From: an uncultured Staphylococcaceae bacterium
GTDB lineage: Bacteria > Bacillota_I > Bacilli_A > RFN20 > CAG-826
Reading direction: 5' to 3'
NCBI GenBank assembly: GCA_964460405.1
Contig: CAYWQC010000001.1
Location: 1-33,473, forward strand
DNA length: 33,473 nucleotides
Under the pieces are notes generated by a model. It ran no database searches. It worked only from the letters and a program-made list of their open reading frames with translations, and was not told the origin of the DNA. Positions 18,635 to 25,694 of the stretch are shown piece after piece. Made by a program: the position numbers and the translations under genes. Position 1 is the first letter of the stretch. The number at the start of each line of letters is the position of its first letter.

Positions 18635-20003
18635 ACGCTTATTAACTCTCGGTGGTTTAGTAACGGCCGTTTTTGTCTTGTCTGGATGTACTGCGAGCTT
18701 TTGTGCCCCTGCTGATACAGCACATATGCTTTATAACGAGGATCGGGGTCTTATTCAAACGGTTGAAGGAGACACAACGACCTATACCTATAACGACAAT
18801 CTCAATAAAATTATCGAAGATGCTGAGGGACTTGGCTATGCCGTTCCTGATCAAGCATTTTGGATAAGACTTGATGCAGAGGTATTAACCCTTGCCAATA
18901 GTTTCTATACCCCTGACGTTGAACTCACTCAGGCACAAAACGATGCTGAAGCACTCCGTCTTTACGGACATTTCAAGTTCCTAGGTACCGAAGGTGCCAG
19001 TCTTGCCACTGGTGGTAGTGATCTTTGGGGAAATTTTGACTACTGGGTGTACTCAATCGGGCAAGACATCGGAATTGAAAATGCACCAACCACTGATTTT
19101 CACCAATATTACAAACAGCAATTAACGACCAAGGTATCAGCCTATAGGGCTTGTATTGCGATTAATGAAGGCCAATATGGTCCTGATGGAGAAAAAATTA
19201 CAGTCACTGCTAAGGATTGGAGTTATGCCTTTAGTCGTGGTCCCATTGAAGGTCTACTTGTTTATCCAATTGCTGCCTTTGTTGAAGTGCTTAGCACTGC
19301 CTTTGGCGCAGGTGGTATCGGTCAAGTATGGGCTATTTTGATTGTGACAGTCGTCGTGAGAACACTCATGATTTTAGTGACCCTCAAGTCAACAATCTCA
19401 CAACAAAAAATGCAGGCCTTACAACCAGAGTTATCAAAACTTCAACAAAAATACCCAAATTCAAACACAAATCAATATGAAAAACAAGCTTTAGCCAACG
19501 CCCAAATGGCGCTTTATAAGAAAAACAAGATTAACCCCTTGAGTTCGATTCTTGTTATGTTCGTCCAATTCCCTATCTTTATTGCGGTTTGGGGGGCAAT
19601 GACAGGAAGCGCGTCACTAGCAAGCGATGCGGTGATGGGGCTAAATCTTAATGCTCAACTTGGTGCTGCAATGACGTCTAACTGGTTTAGCCCGGGATGG
19701 TGGACCGCTGTCGGTCTCTTCTTATTGATGGCCGCTGCTCAATTTGTTGCGACAAGGATTTCGCAATGGCTTGCCAAGAATCGCGTCAAGAAAGATGTTG
19801 TTAAAACAACAAGCAACCCAGCAGCCGATAAACAACAATCACAAATGAAAATGATTACGTGGTTTATGTTTATTATGATTATTGTGATGTCTTGGTCTCT
19901 ACCAGCAGCCATGGGTGTTTACTGGTTGGTCGGTGCGCTTATTTCAATCGCACAAGCGATCATCACTCATATTGTCTTAGAAAAGAAGAGGATGAAAAGA
20001 TGA
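18618..20003 (+). CDS. yidC: membrane protein insertase YidC, lipoprotein form with an enlarged N-terminal extracytoplasmic domain
   Basis: 461 aa with a lipobox LSGC (Cys24) and the YidC/Oxa1 core (VRTLMILVTLKSTISQQKMQALQPELSKLQQKY ... VYWLVGALISIAQ). Its start overlaps the rnpA end by 17 nt. Confidence 0.9.
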   Translation: MKKKNKRLLTLGGLVTAVFVLSGCTASFCAPADTAHMLYNEDRGLIQTVEGDTTTYTYNDNLNKIIEDAEGLGYAVPDQAFWIRLDAEVLTLANSFYTPDVELTQAQNDAEALRLYGHFKFLGTEGASLATGGSDLWGNFDYWVYSIGQDIGIENAPTTDFHQYYKQQLTTKVSAYRACIAINEGQYGPDGEKITVTAKDWSYAFSRGPIEGLLVYPIAAFVEVLSTAFGAGGIGQVWAILIVTVVVRTLMILVTLKSTISQQKMQALQPELSKLQQKYPNSNTNQYEKQALANAQMALYKKNKINPLSSILVMFVQFPIFIAVWGAMTGSASLASDAVMGLNLNAQLGAAMTSNWFSPGWWTAVGLFLLMAAAQFVATRISQWLAKNRVKKDVVKTTSNPAADKQQSQMKMITWFMFIMIIVMSWSLPAAMGVYWLVGALISIAQAIITHIVLEKKRMKR

Positions 20004-20605
20004 AAACATATGAAACAAAAACGTTAGAAATTGCTCTCGAACAGGCTAGTGAAGACTTAGGTATCGCTCAAGATGATCTCGTCTATGAAATTGTTGAAGA
20101 GAAAAAACGATTGTTCAAAAAAACGGTTGTTGTTAATATTCATGAAGTAAGCGATATTATTGATTACTTAGCCAATTATCTTGAAAACATTGTTAAAGCC
20201 TTTGATATTACGCCTAGTGTCAAACCCATACTAGAGGGATCGCTCATTCGTTTAGAGATTGATACCAATCATAATTCGATTTTAATTGGAAAAAATGGGC
20301 GGACGCTTGCCGCTATCAACCAACTTGTCAAACTCGCTGCGACAACGCGCTATAAAAAACGCATTCGTGTTCTAGTTGATATTAATGACTATAAGAGTCA
20401 ACGTTACTCCAAGGTTATTTCAATTGCAAAACGTGTTGCACGTGAAGTTAAGAAAACGAGGATTGACGTCACACTTGATCCTATGGTTGCAGATGAAAGA
20501 CGGGCTGTTCATAACGCCTTATCCGGGTACAATCACATCGCCACTGAATCAATTGGTGAGCGAGCGGATCGTCGTATTGTCATCAAATATACCGAACAAG
20601 AATAA
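20000..20605 (+). CDS. jag: RNA-binding protein Jag/KhpB (Jag_N, KH and R3H domains)
   Basis: 201 aa from MKTYETKTLEIALEQASEDLGI. The ATG overlaps the yidC stop (ATGA). The KH-like segment is ILIGKNGRTLAAINQL and the R3H-like segment is DERRAVHNAL. The N-terminal 47 codons of the track ORF lie in a shadow frame of yidC. Confidence 0.85.
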   Translation: MKTYETKTLEIALEQASEDLGIAQDDLVYEIVEEKKRLFKKTVVVNIHEVSDIIDYLANYLENIVKAFDITPSVKPILEGSLIRLEIDTNHNSILIGKNGRTLAAINQLVKLAATTRYKKRIRVLVDINDYKSQRYSKVISIAKRVAREVKKTRIDVTLDPMVADERRAVHNALSGYNHIATESIGERADRRIVIKYTEQE

Positions 20606-20630
20606 ACCACCTCAAGGTGGTTTTTCTCTT
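20604..20630 (+). terminator. rho-independent terminator after jag
   Basis: AAACCACC-ucaa-GGUGGUUU followed by UUCUCUU, starting at the jag stop codon. Confidence 0.75.
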
Positions 20631-20671
20631 GCCTAAGTGTGATTATGTTAAAATAGATACGAGGTAAAATT

Positions 20672-22000
20672 ATGGTAGATACAATCATCGCATTAGCAAC
20701 AGCGCCTATAAAAAGTGCGCTTGCCGTTATCCGTGTGTCAGGGGCTGATGCACTCACCATTTTTGCTAAGATTTTTAGCAAAGACATTAGTCATGTTAAC
20801 AGTAAAAAAATCGTTTATGGTCACATTCATGATAAGGGGGAAACAATCGACGAAGTTATCGCCCTTCTTTTTGTTGCCCCGCATTCGTTTACTGGGGAAA
20901 ATGTTGTTGAAATTATTTGTCATGGATCAATGTTGATTGCCAATCAAATTATTGAAGTGTTTTTAAAACATGGGGCTAGACTTGCGGTGCAAGGAGAATT
21001 TTCGAGTCGCGCTTATCTTAACGGTAAGATTGATCTCATTCAGGCGGAAGCAATTAACGACATGATTAATGCGACCTCTCTAGAAGCTAAAAAATTATCC
21101 TTACTTTCCCTTGAAGGAGAAACCAGTCAGATTGTGTTGCCGATTAAAAGTAAACTTGCGGACCTTTTGAGTCATATTGAAGTCAATATTGATTATCCTG
21201 AGTATGAAGATATCGGTGTTGTCACTAAACAAAACGTCATTGATGCCCTTAAAGTAATTAATGACAATATTGCAAAACTCATCGATCAAGGACTACAAGG
21301 CAAAATTATCAAAGAAGGAATTAATGTTGCCATTGTTGGCCGACCCAATGTGGGTAAATCCTCGCTTTTAAATGCACTTTTAAATGAAGATAAAGCCATT
21401 GTCACCGATATCGCTGGGACAACACGCGATATTGTGGAAGGGCAAGTACAAATCCGAGGTATCACCCTTAATCTTTTTGATACTGCGGGGATTAGACAGA
21501 GTCGTGATGTGGTTGAATCGATTGGGATAACAAAGGCGAAAAAGACAATTGAGGATGCTGATTTAGTCATCGTGGTCTTAGACGCATCACAAAAACTGAC
21601 TCCTGAGGATGAACAACTCATTGATTTGACCAAACATAAAAAACGCATTGTTGTTTATAACAAAAGCGATTTGATTAAAACAAAAGAGCCTGGTGTGATT
21701 TATATATCCGCTCTTAGTAAAGATATTAAGGGGTTAGAAACGCAAGTGTTAACTCTACTTGGCATTGAAGAGGAAAGCTATGTTCGACCTAGCCTTAACA
21801 ATGCTAGACAGTTAGGATTGCTTGCAAAAACAAAACGCTTATTAGAGCAAGCTCGCGATGATGCGATAAATGATGTTCCTCTTGATCTAGTATCAGTGAC
21901 ACTCCAGGATGCATTTTTTACACTCAACGATTTATTGGGCGAAAATAATGATAGCGATTTGTCTAAAGAAATATTTTCAAGGTTTTGCGTAGGTAAATAA
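20672..22000 (+). CDS. mnmE: tRNA modification GTPase MnmE
   Basis: 442 aa with the N-terminus TIIALATAP...IRVSG, G-domain GRPNVGKSSLLNAL and DTAGIR, and the C-terminal CVGK motif. A TGtTAAAAT extended -10 (20646..20654) and SD GAGG lie upstream. Confidence 0.95.
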   Translation: MVDTIIALATAPIKSALAVIRVSGADALTIFAKIFSKDISHVNSKKIVYGHIHDKGETIDEVIALLFVAPHSFTGENVVEIICHGSMLIANQIIEVFLKHGARLAVQGEFSSRAYLNGKIDLIQAEAINDMINATSLEAKKLSLLSLEGETSQIVLPIKSKLADLLSHIEVNIDYPEYEDIGVVTKQNVIDALKVINDNIAKLIDQGLQGKIIKEGINVAIVGRPNVGKSSLLNALLNEDKAIVTDIAGTTRDIVEGQVQIRGITLNLFDTAGIRQSRDVVESIGITKAKKTIEDADLVIVVLDASQKLTPEDEQLIDLTKHKKRIVVYNKSDLIKTKEPGVIYISALSKDIKGLETQVLTLLGIEEESYVRPSLNNARQLGLLAKTKRLLEQARDDAINDVPLDLVSVTLQDAFFTLNDLLGENNDSDLSKEIFSRFCVGK

Positions 22001-22001
22001 T

Positions 22002-22778
22002 ATGATACTTTTTGATACACACTGCCATCTTAACGCCACTGATTTTGAAGACGATGTTGATGGATATATTACAAGAGCCAAACAACAGGGGGTCGATTAC
22101 TTTTCCGTTATTGGTTGGGATTTAGCATCAAGTAAGAAAGCGTTACAACTTGCCCATCAATATCAAGGCGTTTATGCTGTTGTTGGTGTTCACCCTAGTG
22201 ATGTGTTCGACGCTAAACCATCAACTTTAAAAGAAATAGAACAACTATTAGACGATCATAAGGTTGTCGCCATTGGTGAAATTGGACTTGATTATCATTG
22301 GCACAAACAAGCGGAAGAACATCGCACGCAAAAACGATGGTTTATAGCACAAATCGAACTTGCAAATCGTTTTAATTTGCCAATCGTTGTTCATATGCGT
22401 GATGCCACTCAAGATACCTATGATATTCTCAAAGAACACCCAGTCAAGAAGGGCGGCATTATGCACTGCTTCTCTTCTTCGAGTGAAATGGCGATGAAAT
22501 TTATCGATTTAGGATTCCATATCTCATTGGGGGGACCTGTTACATTTAAGAACGCAAAGCAACCCAAGCAAGTTGCAATCGATATACCACTCAATAAATT
22601 ATTGATTGAAACAGATAGTCCTTATCTTTCACCCCACCCAAATCGTGGCAAACGAAATGAATCTAGTTTTCTACCACTAGTCTTGAATGAGATTGCTGGT
22701 TTAAGAGGGATTGAAGCAGAGCAGTTGGCAAAGATAACACTTAAGAATAGCCTTGATTTGTTTCATGTGAAACAATGA
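22002..22778 (+). CDS. tatD: TatD-family metal-dependent DNase/hydrolase
   Basis: 258 aa with the N-terminal FDTHCHL motif, EIGLDYHW, and histidines in VVHMRD and HCF. It starts 1 nt after the mnmE stop. Confidence 0.9.
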   Translation: MILFDTHCHLNATDFEDDVDGYITRAKQQGVDYFSVIGWDLASSKKALQLAHQYQGVYAVVGVHPSDVFDAKPSTLKEIEQLLDDHKVVAIGEIGLDYHWHKQAEEHRTQKRWFIAQIELANRFNLPIVVHMRDATQDTYDILKEHPVKKGGIMHCFSSSSEMAMKFIDLGFHISLGGPVTFKNAKQPKQVAIDIPLNKLLIETDSPYLSPHPNRGKRNESSFLPLVLNEIAGLRGIEAEQLAKITLKNSLDLFHVKQ

Positions 22779-23314
22779 AAATAAAAACAAACTCGGTATT
22801 TGTTGTCGAGGGCCAAAGTGATAAGGCACTATTAAACAGATTTGTTGATACCGAAATCGTTGTGACTAATGGTATGTATGTTTCACGTGAAACCATAAAC
22901 TATTTAAAAGCATTAGAAAAGTACCATGATATAATCATTATTACCGACCCAGACAAGCCGGGAAAGATGATTAGAGAAATGGTTACGTCTCACTTAAAAA
23001 ACCCCTTAAATATCGCTGTTTCTAAGCGGAAAAGTATTAGAAATGGAAAAGTTGGTGTTGCGGAAACTGATGTTGAATCGCTGTTAGAGATCATTATGCC
23101 ACATCTAAGTAAACCAATTCCTTTAGCGGAACCCCTAACACTAGACGATATCTTAAAATTTAAGCAAATTCATCCACACTTTCAAAAGCTTGTCACAGCT
23201 TTCTATCGACTTGGAGAGGTTAACAACAAGACGATGATTAAGCGCCTACACTACCTAAATATATCTAAAACAGAAATTGAGACATTCATTTATGGACAAA
23301 CAATCTACCATTGA
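22775..23314 (+). CDS. rnmV: ribonuclease M5 (Toprim domain)
   Basis: 179 aa with VVEGQSDKALL and IITDPDKPGKMIR Toprim motifs. ATGA overlap with tatD. The tatD-rnmV-rsmA order is conserved. Confidence 0.85.
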   Translation: MKIKTNSVFVVEGQSDKALLNRFVDTEIVVTNGMYVSRETINYLKALEKYHDIIIITDPDKPGKMIREMVTSHLKNPLNIAVSKRKSIRNGKVGVAETDVESLLEIIMPHLSKPIPLAEPLTLDDILKFKQIHPHFQKLVTAFYRLGEVNNKTMIKRLHYLNISKTEIETFIYGQTIYH

Positions 23315-24098
23315 ACAACTGAAACATTTAGGACTAGCACCACAAAAAAGGTTTGGTCAAAATTTTTTGGTTTCCGAAAGCATTTGCCACAGCATTACTA
23401 AAACAGTTCTTTCTGACAGTAGCGAAGTCATCTATGAAATCGGACCAGGTCTAGGGGCGCTAAGTGATTTCCTTGTGGAAAGTAGCAAAGCAATTATTCT
23501 CGTTGAAATCGACCATGGTTTAGCGACGTATTTGAAACATAAATATCATGACAAACAAAACGTTGAGATTATTGATAAAGATGTACTTAAGATTGACTTC
23601 AATCAAAAAAAATTGAGCGTTGTTAGTAACTTACCTTACTATATAACGACATCAATTATTGAGAAAGTGGTCTTAGAAAACAAAAACTTAGTGCAATTTG
23701 TGTTTATGGTTCAGCAAGAACTCAGTCAAAGACTCTTCGCCGAGCCTAAAAGTAAAGAATATGGGCCCCTCACGATTCTTCTCAGGCTCACGGGGACTTT
23801 AAAAAGTATGGTTCATGTTGATCGAAGCGCGTTTTATCCCACTCCCCATGTTGATTCAAGTGTCTATGCTTATACACCGATCGAACACGGGCTTAACATA
23901 ACGAGGATTTATCCCTTCATTAAATCACTTTTTTTGATGCGAAGAAAAACACTGTACAACAATCTCGTTCCTCTAGTGAAAGACAAAGAAAAAGCAAAAT
24001 ACTTATTAGAAGAAGCGGGGCTATCACCAAAGGTTAGACCAGAAGAGCTAAACCCCACCGATTTTATTAGACTTTATGACTGCTTTATTCGCGAATGA
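23292..24098 (+). CDS. rsmA: 16S rRNA (adenine1518/1519-N6) dimethyltransferase
   Basis: RFGQNFL motif, SAM-binding EIGPGLGALS and NLPYYITT. I place the start at the ATG at 23292, because the track start at 23277 is a TTG. It overlaps the rnmV end. Confidence 0.92.
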   Translation: MDKQSTIEQLKHLGLAPQKRFGQNFLVSESICHSITKTVLSDSSEVIYEIGPGLGALSDFLVESSKAIILVEIDHGLATYLKHKYHDKQNVEIIDKDVLKIDFNQKKLSVVSNLPYYITTSIIEKVVLENKNLVQFVFMVQQELSQRLFAEPKSKEYGPLTILLRLTGTLKSMVHVDRSAFYPTPHVDSSVYAYTPIEHGLNITRIYPFIKSLFLMRRKTLYNNLVPLVKDKEKAKYLLEEAGLSPKVRPEELNPTDFIRLYDCFIRE

Positions 24099-24213
24099 AA
24101 ACGCTCAACCCAAAAACAATTCGTCCCACGTGTAAAATCGTGTAAAATAAGAGCTAGGAAAATGCTTCATATTAAAAAAAGGAGGACGTTAGTCTTTTGA
24201 TTAACAACAATTT

Positions 24214-25623
24214 ATGACATTACACTCAATTATCCTTGCCGCAGGTAAGGGCACTAGAATGCGTTCACTCAACCAAGAGATTTCCAAAGTTGGTTATCCA
24301 ATTTTAGGTGTTTCACTTGTCAATTATGTTTTAGACGCCACCCGTGGGCTTGTCAACGGGAAAAAGGTTGTGATTGTTGGTCACGGAGGTGATTACACAC
24401 GATCTCTAGTTGAAGGAGAAGCAGACATTGCATGGCAACACGAACAACTTGGAACAGGGCACGCGATCATGCAAACCGCCTCCATCTTGAAAAAAGAAAA
24501 GGGGACAACACTTATTTTATGTGGAGATACTCCATTATTAACCAATGAGTCGCTCACTAAACTCGTCGCTTATCACGAAAAAGAAAAGTTGGATTTGACC
24601 GTGTTGACCGCAACACCAAAAAATCCTCATGGATACGGTAGAATTATTCGTAATAACAAGGGCCATGTCACGGCAATCGTCGAGCAAAAGGATCTTAAAG
24701 CCGAACAAATTAATGTCAATGAGGTCAACGCTGGTGTCTATGTTGTCAACAACCAATATTTATTTGAACAATTAGAGTTCTTAAATACTAATAATGCTTC
24801 AGGAGAGCTTTATCTTACTGATATTATTGACCTTTTTAATCAAAAAGGTTATCAAGTTGGCGCCTACATTCTTGAAGATGAAAACGAGATGCTTGGCACA
24901 AATGATCGCGTTCAGCTTGCCGAGGCCGCTAAATTAATCAAGGAGCGCATTAATCGTCAGCATATGCTTAATGGTGTTACATTTGAAGACCCAGACCACA
25001 CATATGTTGGCCCTTATGTGGAGATAGGTCCGGATACAGTCATTAGTCCCGGTGTCAGTATTCTTGGTCACAGCAAAATCGGAAAAAATAATGTGATCGG
25101 TCCCAATACTTTCTTAGAAAATATGGAAATTGGCGATAATAACGATATTAAATTTTCTCATCTTGTCGATAGCAAGATTGGCGATGATAATCACATTGGC
25201 CCGTATACCCGATTTAGAGGACATGTCGAGATCCATAATCATACCAAAATTGGTAATTTTGTTGAATTCAAAAAGTCGATTATTAAGGACGGAACCAAAG
25301 CCGCACACCTTAGTTATATCGGCGACACGACGCTTGATGAGCATGTAAATGTTGGGTGTGGTGTCATTACCGCGAATTATGATGGATATAATAAATTTAA
25401 TACATATGTCGGTAAAAATGTGTTTTTAGGGAGCAATGCAACAATTGTCTCGCCTGTTGTCATTGAAGATGATGCCTTCATTGCCGCTGGATCAACGATC
25501 AATCATGATGTTAAAAAGAATGAATTAGCAATCGCTCGGGCTAGACAAGAAAACAAGGTTGACTATGCGCTTGTCTTTAGAGCAAAAGCTAAAGCAATCA
25601 AAGAAAAAAACAAGAAAAAATAA
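24214..25623 (+). CDS. glmU: bifunctional UDP-N-acetylglucosamine pyrophosphorylase / glucosamine-1-phosphate N-acetyltransferase
   Basis: 469 aa with N-terminal LAAGKGTRM and C-terminal left-handed beta-helix hexapeptide repeats. An in-frame TAA at 24202..24204 prevents any upstream extension. Confidence 0.95.
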   Translation: MTLHSIILAAGKGTRMRSLNQEISKVGYPILGVSLVNYVLDATRGLVNGKKVVIVGHGGDYTRSLVEGEADIAWQHEQLGTGHAIMQTASILKKEKGTTLILCGDTPLLTNESLTKLVAYHEKEKLDLTVLTATPKNPHGYGRIIRNNKGHVTAIVEQKDLKAEQINVNEVNAGVYVVNNQYLFEQLEFLNTNNASGELYLTDIIDLFNQKGYQVGAYILEDENEMLGTNDRVQLAEAAKLIKERINRQHMLNGVTFEDPDHTYVGPYVEIGPDTVISPGVSILGHSKIGKNNVIGPNTFLENMEIGDNNDIKFSHLVDSKIGDDNHIGPYTRFRGHVEIHNHTKIGNFVEFKKSIIKDGTKAAHLSYIGDTTLDEHVNVGCGVITANYDGYNKFNTYVGKNVFLGSNATIVSPVVIEDDAFIAAGSTINHDVKKNELAIARARQENKVDYALVFRAKAKAIKEKNKKK

Positions 25624-25643
25624 TAGCCTCACAAGGGCATAAG

Positions 25644-25676
25644 AAAAGGGTCTGAGTTTCAATTCAGACCCTTTTT
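25644..25676. terminator. bidirectional rho-independent terminator shared by glmU and ppdK
   Basis: GGGTCTGA (25648..25655) and TCAGACCC (25664..25671) form the stem. It is flanked by AAAA on the left and TTTTT on the right, so it reads as hairpin plus U-run on both strands. Confidence 0.8.
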
Positions 25677-25694
25677 GTTATGCTTTCTAGAAGC

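Noticed and set aside
24162-24200. A 12-codon ORF (MLHIKKRRTLVF) in the glmU leader.
   Set aside because: Its AGGAAA sits only 1 nt from the ATG, so it is not a functional SD. The ORF simply reads through the real SD sequence (AAAAAGGAGG gives KKRR). The shorter TTG uORF at 24197 explains the SD placement better.
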